In this document: positions 38,649 through 50,964 of the stretch, in pieces
Position numbering within the stretch: position 1 is the first letter of the stretch
Layout: each line of letters starts with the position of its first letter
Origin: Mobula hypostoma
Taxonomy: Eukaryota
NCBI RefSeq assembly: GCF_963921235.1
Contig: NC_086097.1
Span: 126,606,001 to 126,670,000 of the forward strand
DNA: 64,000 nucleotides
Direction of reading: 5' to 3'
Made by a program: the position numbers and the translations under genes
The notes under the pieces: model-generated
Seen by the model: only the letters and a program-made list of their open reading frames with translations
Databases searched by the model: none
Told to the model about the DNA's origin: nothing

Positions 38649-38777
38649 ATCAATCTCTTACTAGCTCTTCCTTCCGTTAGTCCTGATGAAGGGTCTCGGC
38701 CCGAAACGTCGACTGTACCTCTTCCTAGAGATGCTGCCTGGCCTGCTGCGCTCTCCAGCAAATTTGATGTGTGTTGC
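38649..38777 (+). mobile_element. Short PLE insertion with hammerhead and 7-bp TSD
   Basis: TSD TTCAAGT at 38642-38648 and 38778-38784, immediately before the Rex1 FADD codons. Confidence 0.85.
38679..38714 (+). ncRNA. Minimal type I hammerhead ribozyme motif
   Basis: AGTC CTGATGA AGGGTCTCGGCCC GAAAC GTC GACT, with a GGG/CCC stem II and an extra A after the core. Confidence 0.85.
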
Positions 38778-38974
38778 TTCAAGTTTGCTGACGACACCAC
38801 TGTTGCTGGCTGAATCAAAGGTGGTGACAAATCAGCATATAGGAGGGAGATTGAAAATCTGGCTGAGTGGTGCCACGACAACAACCTGTTACTCAATATC
38901 AGCAAGACCAAGGAGCTGAGTATTGACTTCAGGAGGAGGAAACCAGAGGTCCATGAGGCAGTCCTCAGAGACTG

Positions 38975-39178
38975 TCTTTCAGAGACACCACTCCCTGAAG
39001 GTGTCCTGAGTACTTTGTAGGTTAGTACCCAAGATGGAGCTGACTAGATTTACAACCTTCTGCAGCTTCTTTCGGTCCTGTGCAATAGCCCCTTCATACC
39101 AGACAGTGATGCAGCCTGTCAGAATGCTCTCCACGGTACAACTATAGAAGTTTTTGAGTGTATTTGTTGACATGCCAA
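38975..39178 (-). mobile_element. Rex1 3' fragment in inverted orientation
   Basis: Minus ORF TLKNFYSCTVESILTGCITVWY. Confidence 0.75.
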
Positions 39179-39269
39179 GTGTATTTGCTCATCACGAAAT
39201 AAAATACAGCAGAAACAGGCACGTTATAAATCAAAATTTCCATTTAGTAGTAATTAAAAACCATAAAAA

Positions 39270-42200
39270 CCAGGTGAAAAGTAAAAGTGGCAGGCCGGCA
39301 AATCCAGGGCAAAAATCAAAAAGGGACACTTTTCAACATAATTGTATAAGGGCTAAGAGTGTTGTAAAAGCAAGCCTGAAGGCTTTGTGTGTCAATGCCA
39401 GGAGCATTCGTAACAAGGTGGATGAATTGAATGTGCAGATAGTTATTAATGAATATGATTTAGTTAGGATCACAGAGAAATGGCTCCAAGGTGACCAAGG
39501 ATGGGAGCTCAACATTCAGGGATATTCAACATTCAGGAGGGATAGACATGAAAGGTGGGGTAGCATTGCTGGTTAGAGAGGAGATTAATGCAATAGAAAG
39601 AAAGGACATTAGCCGGGAGGATGTGGAATCGATATGGGTAGAGCCGCATAACACTAAGGGTCAGAAAACGCTGGTGGGAGTTGTGTACAGGCCACCTAAC
39701 AGTAGTAGTGAGGTTGGGGATGGCATTAAATAGGAAATTAGAAATGCGTGCAATAAAGGAACAGCAGTTATAATGGGCGACTTCAATCTACATATAGATT
39801 GGGTGAACCAAATTGGTAAGGGTGCTGAAGAAGAGGATTTCTTGGAATGTATGCAAGATAGTTTTCTGAACCAACATGTCGAGGAACCAACTAGACAGCA
39901 GGCCATTCTGGACTGGGTATTCAGCAATGACGAAGGGTTAGTTAGCAATCTTGTCATGCGAGGCCCCTTGGGTAAGAGTGACCATAATATGGTGGAATTT
40001 TTCATTAAGATGGAGAGTGACACAGTTAATTCAGAAACAAAGGTTCTGAACTTAAAGAAGGGTAACTTTGAAGGTATGAGACGTGAATTAGCTAAGATAG
40101 ACTGGCAAATGACACTTATTTAAAGGGTTGACGGTGGATATGCAATGGCAAGCATTTAAAGATCGCATGGATGAACTGCAACAATTGTTCATCTCAGTTT
40201 GGCAAAAGAATAAACCAGGGAAGGTAGTGCACCCGTGGCTGACAAGGGAAATTGGGGATAGTATCAATTCCAAAGAAGAAACGTACAAATTAGCCAGAAA
40301 AAGTGGCTCACCTGAGGACTGGGAGAAATTCAGAGTCCAGCAGAGGAGGACAAAGGGCTTAATTAGGAAAGGGAAAAAAGATTATGAGAGAAAGCTGGCA
40401 GGGAACATAATAACTGACTGTAAAAGCTTTTATAGATATGTGAAAAGAAAAAGATTGGTTAAGACAAATGTAGGTCCCTTACAGTCAGAAACAGGTGAAT
40501 TGATCATGGGGAACAAGGACATGGCAGACCAATTGAATAACTACTTTTGTTCTGTCTTCACTAAGGAGGACATAAATAATCTTCCGGAAATAGTAAGGGA
40601 CCGAGGGTCTAGTGAGATGGAGGAACTGAGGGAAATACATGTTAATAGGTAAGTGTTGTTAGGTAAATTGAAGGGATTGAAGGCAGATAAATCCCCTGGG
40701 CCAGATGGACTGCATCCCAGAGTGCTTAAGGAAGTAGCACAAGAAATAGTGGATGCATTAGTGATAATTTTTCAAAACTCTTTAGATTCTGGATTAGTTC
40801 CTGAGGATTGGAGGGTGGCTAAGGTAACACCGCTTTTTAAAAAAAGAGGGAGAGAGAAACCGGGGAATTATAGACTGGTAAGCCTGACATCGGCGGTGGG
40901 GAAAATGCTAGTCAGTTATCAAAGATGTGATAACAGCACACTTGGAAAGCGGTGAAATCATCAGACGAAGTCAGCATGGATTTGTGAAAGGAAAATCATG
41001 TCTGACGAATCTCATAGAATTTTTTGAGGATGTAACTAGTAGAGTGGATAGGGGAGAACAAGTGGATGTGGTGCATTTGTATTTTCGAAAGGCTTTTGAC
41101 AAAATCCCACACAGGAGATTAGTGTGCAAACTTAAAGCACACGGTATTGGGGGTATGGTATTGATGTGGATAGAGAATTGGTTGGCAGACAGGAAGCAAA
41201 GAGTGGGAATAAACATGACCTTTTCAGAATGGCAGGCAGTGATGAGTGGGGTACCGCAAGGCTCAGTGCTGGGACCCCAGTTGTTTACAATATATATTAA
41301 TGACTTAGACGAGGGAATTAAATGCAGCATCTCCAAGTTTGCGGATGACACAAAGCTGGGCAGCAGTGTTAGCTGTGAGGAGGATGCTAAGAGGATGCAG
41401 GGTGACTTGGATAGGTTAGGTGAGTGGGCAAATTCATGGTAGATGCAATTTAATGTGGATAAATGTGAGTTTATCCACTTTGGTGGCAAGAACAGGAAAA
41501 CAGATTATTATCTGAATAGTGGCCGATTAGAAAAAGGGGAGGTGCAACGGGACCTGGGTGTCATTATACACCAGTCATTGAAAGTGGGCATGCAGGTACA
41601 GCAGGCGGTGAAAAAGGCAAATGGTATGCTGGCATTTATAGCGAGAGGATTCGAGTACAGGAGCAGGGAGGTACTACTGCAGTTGTACAAGGCCTTGGTG
41701 AGACCACACCTAGAGTATTGTGTGCAGTTTTGGTCCCCTAATCTGAGGAAAGACATTCTTGCCATAGAGAGAGAGTACAAAGAAGGTTCACCAGATTGAT
41801 TCCTGGGATGGCAGGACTTTCATATGATGAAAGACTGGATCGGCTAGGCTTATACTCTCTGGAAGTTAGAAGATTGAGGGGGGATCTTATTGAAATGTAT
41901 AAAATCCTAAAATTGGACAGGCTAGATGCAGGAAGATTGTTCCCAATGTTGGGGAAGTCCAGAACGAGGAGTCACAGTTTGAGGATAAAGGGGAAGCCTT
42001 TTAGGACTGAGATGAGGAAAAACTTCTTCACACAGAGAGTGGTGAATCTGTGGAATTGTCTGCCACAGGAACCAGTTGAGGCCAGTACATTGGCTATATT
42101 TAAGAGGGAGTTAGCTAAGGCCCTTGTGGCTAAAGGGATCAGGGGGTATGGAGAGAAGGCAGGTGCAGGGTTCTGAGTTGGATGATCAGCCATGATCATA

Positions 42201-42275
42201 CTGAATGGCTGTGCAGGCTCGAAGGGCTGAATGGCCTACTCCTGCACCTATTTTTTATGTTTCTGTGTTTCTATA
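39270..42275 (+). mobile_element. CR1 LINE, near-complete ORF2 with a few frameshifts and stops (sister of 33896-36519)
   Basis: LKALCVNARSIRNK through FADDTK to the C-terminus, with an ATGTTTCT-type tail. Highly similar to the minus-strand copy. Confidence 0.92.
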
Positions 42276-42635
42276 TTATTTAAAATACAAGTGTTTAAGT
42301 TATCTTTCTGTTTGAGATGGTTTTATTTTAATAAAGATGTTAATTAATGTAGACTCGTGCACAAAATTCCTACCTATTAATGGCCAGAACTTCCTTCTGG
42401 AGATTGGCTACATGGTGCTGCAATTACACCTTAAGGTGTATTGTAGCCCCAATTCTAAATGGAGAAAACAAGCCATGTCTATAGAACAATAAAAGAACTC
42501 TTAGTCATATATCATACAATTTCCATAAAATACGTCTGTTTTTAACTATCTTAATACCTTAAAATTCTGCTTCCTTTTATAAATGCAGATAGCCACTTCC
42601 AAGGGAAAAAGACCGCAAAGGGAACTCTTACCATA

Positions 42636-42807
42636 AACAACAGGAATTCTGCAGATGCTGGAAATTCAAGCAACACACATCAAAGTTGCTGGTGAACGCA
42701 GCAGGCCAGGCGGCATCTCTAGGAAGAGGTGCAGTCGACGTTTCAGGCCGAGACCCTGACGAAGTCCTGACGAAAGGTCTCGGCCTGAAACGTCGACTGC
42801 ACCTCTT
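42636..42807. mobile_element. Miniature fold-back PLE with an 11-bp TSD and an intact hammerhead
   Basis: TSD CTCTTACCATA at 42625-42635 and 42803-42813, overlapping the arm by 5 nt. Arms at 42724-42755 and 42776-42807. Confidence 0.88.
42763..42798 (+). ncRNA. Minimal type I hammerhead ribozyme motif
   Basis: AGTC CTGACGA AAGGTCTCGGCCT GAAAC GTC GACT. Confidence 0.8.
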
Positions 42808-42946
42808 ACCATAGATTGATTTGCCATCTGACCAATACTACATTACCGATCAATGCAGCTTCTGCTTTTGCCAGGTGAAAGGTCTTCAGGGATCTTAGAA
42901 ATATCCCAACATAACTACAGGGAGCGAATGGCAGAGTCTCTAAAGA

Positions 42947-43502
42947 GGGGTATAATATCGGGGGGGGGCAGTGCTTACCATGGGGTATAATATCAGCAGG
43001 GGCAAACCTTAGAGAGGGGTATAATATCGGGAGGGGCGACCTTACCGTGGGGTATAATATCAGGAGGGGCGACCTTACCGTGGGGTATAATATCTCGAGG
43101 GGCGACCGTACCGTGGGGTGTAATATCGGGAGGGGCGACCTTACCGTGGGGTGTAATATCGGGAGGGGCGACCGTACCGTGGGCTGTAATATCGGGAGGG
43201 GCGACCGTACCGTGGGGTATAGTATCAGGAGGGGTGACCGTACCGTGGGTATAGTATCGGGAGGGGAGACCTTACCGTGGGGTATAGTATCGGGAGGGGC
43301 GACCTTACCGTGGGGTATACTATCGGGAGGGGCGACCTTACCGTGGGGTATAATATCGGGAGGGGCGACCTTACCGTGGGGTATAGTATCAGGAGGGGCG
43401 ACCTTACTGTGGGGTAAAGTATCTGGAGGGGCAACCTTACCGTGGGGTATAATATCGGGAGGGGCGACCTTACCGTGGGGTATAATATCGGGAGGGGTAT
43501 AA
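42947..43502. repeat. 33-bp G-rich minisatellite, about 17 units
   Basis: Consensus GGGTATAATATCGGGAGGGGCGACCTTACCGTG in head-to-tail units with no spacers. The ORFs over it show 11-aa periodicity. Confidence 0.95.
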
Positions 43503-43509
43503 TTAAGAT

Positions 43510-45750
43510 GCACACCCACTATCTTTTCTTTCCCCAAGGGAAAAGGGATCAAAAATTAGAGGGCGTAGGTTCAAAGTAAAAGGGGAAAGATTTAATAGGG
43601 ACTGGGGGGGCAACTACTTCTTGCAAAGGATGGAGCACATATGGAACAGGCTTCCAAAGAAAGTAGTTCAGGCAGGTATGATAACATTTAAACAATAAGA
43701 CATAGAGACATAGGTTTTGCCTTCTCCCCATAGCCTTTGGCATCATTACTAAATAAGTACCTATCAACTTGTGGATCTCATGTGGGAGTGATCTCACTGA
43801 AACCCACCAGATGTTGAAAGGACTAGATAGGGTGGATGTGGAGTGGGTGTTTCCTATAGTGGGGGTATCCAGAACTAGAGGGCACAGTCTCAAAATTAAG
43901 GGGCACCCTTTTAGAACAGAGGTAAGGGGGAATTTTTTTAGCCGGAGTGTAGTAAATCTGTGGACTGCTCTGCTACAGACTGCAATGAAGGCCAAGTCCG
44001 TGGGTATACTTAAGGCGGAAGTTGATAGTTTCCTAATCGGTCAGCGCATCAAAGGATATGGAGTTGAGTGGGATCGGAGATCAGCCATGATGGAACAGCA
44101 GAGCACATTCGATGGGCTGAATGGCCTAATTCTGTTCCCATGTCTTATGGTCTAACACACACACTAAATATACCTAGGCCTTTCAATATTCTGCATGTTT
44201 CAATGAGATCCCCTCCCATTCTTCTTAACTCCAGCAAGTGCTACATCAAACTCTCAGAGCCATCAAACACTCTGTATACATTCAACCTTTCATTCCCAGG
44301 ATCACTCCAGTATCAGAATCAGAATCAGGTTTAATATCACTGGCATATGTCGTGAAATTTGAATTCACTTCCTGTTTAGAAAATAGCCTATGCCTTTATT
44401 CCTTCTACAAAGGTTCATGAACACACACTCGCTTGCACTGTATTGCATCTGCTACTTCTTTATTCATTCTCTTAAACTGTCCAAGTCCTTCTGTAGACTT
44501 CCTGATTCCTCAACCCTACATGCCCCTCCACCTACCTTTGTATTATCCAGAAACTTGGCCACAACGCCATCAATTCAGTCATCCAGATCGTTAATATATA
44601 ACGTGAAAAGTAGCAGACCCAACTCCGACTCCTGCAGGAGACCACTAGTCCCAGCAGTCAAACTGAAAAAGCCCCTTTTATTCTCACTCTTTGTCTTCTG
44701 CCAGCTAGCCAATCTTCTATCCATGCTCATATCTATCCTGTGGGCTCTTACCTTATTTGGCAGCCTCGTGTCGAAGTCAATTTGAAACAACAATCCCCAA
44801 GTAAACAACATCCACCAACTCCTTTGCCTAACCTGACTGCTATCTCAGATCTGTTGAGCGAGCTCAGGAGCTGAGGCTCCACCGGCACTACATCTCGGAT
44901 CCCTCTGCCTTCCTCACTCAGGTCCCAGCAACATCCTTGTAAGTTTTCCCTATGCTCTTTCAATCTTTCCTGTAGGTAGATGACCAGAACTGTATATCCT
45001 ACTTGTCGCTGAATTTGAAACAGTTCATCTGATGGGTGTGACTGCCTTCCTGAAGCACAGTGTCCGAGCACCCTAACTCTCTCCCTCTCTGATGCATCAC
45101 AGTGTTTGAAGCTCAAATTTCAGGTCAACTTTGAGCCCGAGTTCCATGAGCTACAACACTTGCTGAACATGCATTCACCAGGAACCACAATGATGTCCAA
45201 CAGCTCCCACATCATGTGTCTACAACACACTGCCTGATCCTACATCCCTACTCTATTTAATTAAACACACTAGGAACATAGCCCTTCATATCCCTCCCAT
45301 CCACATACCTATCCAAACTTCTCTTAAATGCTGCAATTGAACCTGCATCCACCACTTCTGATGGCAGCTTGTTCCACACTGTCACCACCCTCTAAGTGCA
45401 GAAGCTCCCCCTCAGGGTCCCCTTAAATATTTCACCTTTCACCCTTAACCTATGACCTCTAGTTTTAGTCTCACCCAAGCTTAGTGGAAAAATCCTCTTG
45501 GTTTTACCTTTACTCTATCTATACCCCCATAATCGTGTATACATCTATCAAATCTCCTCTTATTCTCCTACGCTCCAGGGAATAAAGTCTGAACCTGTAC
45601 AACCTTTCCATAAAACAGATCCTCAGGTCCCGGGAACATCCTTGTAAATTTTCTCCGTACTCTTTCAATCTTTATCAACATATTTCCTGTAGGGAGATGA
45701 CCAGAACTGCTCACAAAACTCCAAATTAGGACTCACCAATGTCTTAAACA
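43510..45750. mobile_element. Cluster of CR1 fragments in both orientations
   Basis: Plus-strand CR1 3' end at 43780-44153 (GLDRVDVE...FFSRSVVNLW). Minus-strand RT and 3' fragments at 44165-44830 and 45270-45745. Confidence 0.75.
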
Positions 45751-46039
45751 ATTTTATCATAAAGCTAAAAAAATTACAACTAACACAATTGAACCAAAAC
45801 CTCAAGAACATGCAGAAAAGGGAAAGTATGGTTAACATATCCTAATATACAGTTCAGCGGGAAAGCAAGAATCATTGAAACAAATTTAAAGTGTGACAAA
45901 GCAAAATGTAAAAAAATACTCAAAACACTGACCCAAATGTATGAAAGAGATCAAAGGCAAAAGAATAGCAATCAGGTAAATGTAGGTCTTATGGTATCTT
46001 CATTATTGTTCATTTTTTATTTGTTTCTATTTTAATTAG

Positions 46040-46222
46040 AGATACAGCGCAGAAAAGGCTCGTCTGGCTCAACGAACCACACCAGCCAGCAACCCACCTA
46101 TTTAACCCTAGCCTAATCACAGGACAATTTACAATGGCCTATTAACCTGCTAATGTTTGGCCTGTGGGAGGAAACTGCAGCATTCAGATTTAACCCATGT
46201 GGTCATGGGGAGAACGTACAGA
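46040..46222 (-). mobile_element. V-SINE-like element
   Basis: Similar to 4915-5152 (CTAATCACAGGACAATTTACAATGGCC...GTGGGAGGAAAC). Confidence 0.55.
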
Positions 46223-47574
46223 TTCATGAGCAGTTTCAGATGAACACAATGAAATTGCCAGTAAGTCCTGGAATTAGAAGGTGCAGTAAAAAGAAACTTC
46301 AAAATATTTAAAAATTATTTTCAAATGGGTGATTATACTACAAATTCAGAGAGCAGCACAGACCCATCAACTAAATAGAAAAAAATATAAATTAGAGGCT
46401 TTATTAAATTTGAGTGCCTATTGCTTAGTTGAACTAAATATTTAAAATAAAAGAATACTTAATTATATAATAGCCCAAGTCTTTTTTAATTAAAGAGTTG
46501 GAAAATGAAAATATCAGAGTGCAAGACTGAGAAATTCAAATTCACGTGGAATTCACTTTCAAATTCATCCTTAAGAAAATAGTGTCAGAGGGGGATGACT
46601 TTTATGTACAGCTCCTGATTCTGAACTTGCTTTACTTCCAAAGTTAAGTCTTACCTTTGGTTTAAAACATGCCCTCGTTTTTAAATCAAAAGTCAGCAGA
46701 TTCTTTGCATGCCTCTACATGCAACTGGAGATTAGGTGGGCTAGCAAATTTGAAACAAGAAACAAGTGCCATCAATCTGCCCCACCCAGTGAAGATGAAA
46801 TATATAAAATGAGTGGACTTTCTGGTCAAACAAGAAAGTTACAATATATAATCATTTTGACAGATTCAGTCTTCGTGTTTGGAGAAGTTTAAAATGCAAT
46901 TCACAGTGTAACACCAAAGGCACTTCTATTTGAACACAAAAAAATCTCTTAATTTCAAACGCTCCATGCCAGTATTATATTAAATCACTTAGCCAGAACA
47001 AATGACCTTGCTCGGTTGTATATTTTGGCATTGTATGATTTGTTATATCATATACACAAAACCTATTTCAGACTAAATCTTAACTGATCATTATTCATTG
47101 GAGCCAGTATTTTCAGCTCCTACACATTCACTTCACTTGGGGAAACAGAAGTCTGTTCACTTGAGCATAGAGACCTCCAACTGCTCAGTAAAGCACAAAG
47201 TAAAATTTCGTTTCTCTTCTTTGTTGGGCTACAATATATAGTTGTAATCACTTAGTTAGAATATAAAGAAATCTTGCCTGCTGGCAAAACAAACACACTT
47301 TCTGTTTCAGAGTGTCTACTCTCTAATCACTTTTATTACTAAAAGTATCAAGAGTTCCTCCTTCCCTGCAGGACGACTTAAAACAAATATGGAAAATGCT
47401 GGAGCAGCTTTAACAATCCATGAGACCGAAATGATTCTCTTTCTCTCTCCCCAGGAAAGCTGCTTGATCTGCTGAACATTTGCATCACTTCACATTTATT
47501 TCTGATTTTCAGCATCTGCAGTTTATTACTTTGTTTAATTACTCCTCCTGCCCAGAACAATCAGAGAGAAATAG

Positions 47575-49335
47575 AGAACCAAACACACTCGTCCTCTGCT
47601 ACACTCCCCTCAAGAATGCCTACTACTCTACTCTATCCCTCGACCACATTTTGGGAAATCTGACAATCTAACTGCCCTCCTCCTACCTGCATTGCAAGCA
47701 GAGACGAAAGAGCAAAGTACTCGAAGTAAGGAGGTGGCCGCAGGAGGTAGAGGAGTGGTTACAGGATTGCTTCGAATCAGTGGACTGGGCCATGTTCGAG
47801 GACTCGTCAGAGGACCTGAAAAAATAAGCCATGATTGTCACAAAGATACTTATGGACAAGTGTGTTCACACAAAATCACGCAGAGAAGACCTGGACTAAG
47901 CGATTCAAAATCTGCTGAGGCTTAGATCGGGGCATTTAGGACTGACGATCCAGGAAAGTACAAGAGGTCTAGGTATGATCCCCTGAAAGCCATCTCACAC
48001 GCAAAGAGGCAATTCCAGGCTCAACCTGAATCAACAAATGTGGCAGAGCTTGAATGCTATCTTGCAAAGTAAAACCAAGCAACAGAAATGACAACAAGGT
48101 TTTGCTCCCAGATGAGCTCAGTGCCATTTATGCTCACTTTGACCGACAGAAAATGGAGGCACCTTCAGGAGCCCCACAGACCCAATGACCCTGTGATCCA
48201 AGTCTCTGAGACTGATGTGAGACCATTCTTCAGACCGTGACATAGGAGCACAATTAGGCCTCTCAGCCCATCGAGTCTACCCCGCCATTCCATCATGGCT
48301 GATTTATTATCCCTCTCAATCCATTCACCTGCCTTCTCCCTATAACCTTTGATGTCCTGACTAATCAAACCTGTCAACCTCCATTTAAATATACCCAATG
48401 GCTTGGCCTCCGCAGCTGCCTGTGGCAATGAATTCCCCATGATCTGAGCAGACTAGATGTCGGAATGGCTCAACGTTGGAGATCTCCTCCTAGAAATGGA
48501 AAGGTTCCTTGTGGCAGTACAGGACCCAATGATTAACAAAAGTACATAATGAAAGATCTAGGGCACTGATGTTTCCATACCAGGCTGTGATGCAACCAGC
48601 CAACATACACTCCGCCACACATCTATAGAAGTTAGTCAAAGTTACAGATGTCATGCTGAATCTACACAAACTCCGAATGAAGTAGAGATGCTGCCGTGCT
48701 TTCTTTATAATTGCTCTTACGTGCTGGGTCCAGGACAGATACCACCGAGGAATTTAAAGTTGCTGACCTGCTCCACTTCAGATGCCCCGTTGAGGGCTGG
48801 GTCATGGACCTCTGGTTTCCTCCTCCTTAAGTTAATAATCAACTCCTTCATCTTGCTGACATTGACTAAGCACTGTTGTGGCACCATTCAGCCTGATTTT
48901 CAGTTTCCCTCCTACATGCTGATTCGTCACCAGCTTGGATTCGGCCGGTGACAGCGGTGTCATCACCAAATTTAAACATGGCATTGGAGCTGTGCTTAGC
49001 CATGCAGTCATAAGTGCAAAATGAGTAGAGAAGGGGGCTAAGCACACAGCTTTGTGGTGAACCCACACTGATGTAAGTTGTGGATGAGATGCTGTTGCCA
49101 ATCTGAACTGCCTGGGGTCTGCAAATGAGGAAATTGAGGATCCAACTGCACAAAGATGTATTCAGACCAAGGTCTCGAAGGTTATTGATTAATTTTGAGG
49201 TATTGCCAGTATTAAATGCTGATTTGTGGTTGATAAAGAGCATCCTGATGTATGCATTATTTCAGGCTTGAATGAAGAGACAACGACATAGCATTTCCTA
49301 TGGACCTGTTGCGCTGGTAGGCAAATTGGAGCAAA
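47575..49335. mobile_element. Rex1 fragments (+ 47575-48235; - 48570-49335) with a CR1 3' end (- 48236-48440) between them
   Basis: Rex1 LPDELSAIYAHFD and [20 protein letters not shown] remnants, plus a CR1 LPQAAAEAKPLGIFK remnant. Confidence 0.75.
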
Positions 49336-49339
49336 TCTC

Positions 49340-50960
49340 ATGCTCTCGATCTCCTCACTAACTTTCAGTTCCCTGGCCCTGGCCCTGAACATCTCATTTT
49401 CACCATGGATATCCAATCTCTATACACTTCTATTCCCCATTAAGAAGACTTTAAAGCTCTCCCCTCCTTTCTTAATGAAGGAACCAACCAATTCCCCTCC
49501 ACCACCACCCTCCTCTGTCTGGCAGAATTGATGCTCACACTCAACAATATTTTCCTTCAGCTCCTCCCACTTTCTCCAGAGTTGAGGGGCAGTGATGGGC
49601 ACCAGTAGGGGACCCAGTTATGCCTGGCTTTCACTGGCTATGTAGAACAGTCCAGGTTCCAAACCTGCCCCGGTAATGCTCCTCGATTCTTCCCCTGATA
49701 CATTGACGAATGCATTGGTGCTGCTTCATGCACCCATGCTGAGTTCATCAATTTCACCAACTTTGCCTCTAGCTTCCTTCTTGCCCATAAATTCACTCGG
49801 TCCGTTTCTGACACCTCCTTCCCCTTACCCGATCTCTCTATTTCAATCTCTGGAGACAAACTGTTGACTGACATCTTTTATAAACCTACCAATAGCCGCA
49901 GTTATCTTGACTACACCTCTTCCCACCCTGTCTCCTGTAAAAATTCCCTCTTCTCAGTTCCTTCGTCTCTGATGAATCTGTTCCCAGTCTGTGGCTTTCC
50001 TTTCCAGTACACCAGAGGTGTCCTCCATCTTCCTCCACCATTGATGCTGTCCTCACCCACATCTCCTCCATTTCCCAAACATCCATGCTCGCCCCATCTT
50101 CATGCCACCTTAACAGTGATATAGTTCCTCTAGCCCATGAGACTCTGCATCAAACATATAATTCTCTGCAACCTCTGCCATTTCCAAAGGGACCTGACTA
50201 CCAAGTCTATTCTTACCTCCTCCCCTCTGCCTTCTGCAGAGGTCTTGTCCTCAGCAATTCGCTTGTCCATTCATTCCTCCCTACTGATCTCCCTCCTGGC
50301 ACTTATCTCTGCAAGTATATAAAGTGCTCCACCTGCCTACTCACCTCCATTCAGGGCCCCAAACAGTCCTGATGTGGCCACCTCTGCATTGGTGAGACTT
50401 AAGCACTTCCGTTCCATCTGCCAAAATTAGAACTTCCTTATGGCCAAACATTTTAATTCAGATTCCCATTCCAATTCTGACATGTCCATCCATGGCCTCC
50501 TCTTGTGCCACAATGAGGCAACTCTCAGCATGGAGGAGCAACACCTTATATTCCGTCTGGCATATCATCCCGATGGCATGAATATTGATTTCTCCTTCTG
50601 GTAGAAAAAAATCCCCCCTCCCTTCTTCTATTCTCCACTCTGGCCTCTTACCTCACCTACTTATCACCTTCCCCTGGATCCCTTCCTCCTTACCCTTCTC
50701 CTATGGTCCTCTGCCCTCTCCTATCAGATTCCTTCTTCTCCAGCCCTTTACCTTTCCTACCCTCCTGGTTTCACCATCACTTTCTGGCAATCTTTCCCCT
50801 CTCCCCCACATTTTTATTCTGGCATCTTCCCCCTTACCTTTCCAGTCCTGAAGAAGGGTCTCCGCCCAAAATGACAATTATTTATTTATTTCCACAGATA
50901 TGCCTGACCTGCTGGGTTTCTCTAGTATTTAGTGTGCGTTGCTTTGAACTTCCACAGAAT
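49340..50960 (+). mobile_element. Long decayed Penelope-like element (RT, GIY-YIG and 3' region)
   Basis: GAVMGT..GPSYA, (R)YIDECIG and TDIFYKPTNSRSYLDYTSSHP remnants, the EEQHLIFRL region and a degenerate hammerhead near 50845. Confidence 0.8.
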
Positions 50961-50964
50961 TTTT

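Larger units (their letters stand above)
31600..38966 (+). mobile_element. Rex1/Babar LINE split by nested insertions (Rex1 pieces about 31600-32453, 38169-38648 and 38778-38966)
   Basis: The Rex1 reading ...CFKQASIILVL(RK) stops at about 32453 and resumes as TVTCLSDFCPVALTSTVMKCF at 38170. The (I)FKFADDTT segment is split by a PLE at 38649-38777. Confidence 0.85.

Noticed and set aside
42947..43502. CRISPR array, or a repeat-protein gene (248-aa and 151-aa ORFs)
   Set aside because: Units are contiguous with no unique spacers, there are no cas genes and the context is eukaryotic. The ORFs follow from a stop-free 33-bp unit and shift frame within the array.
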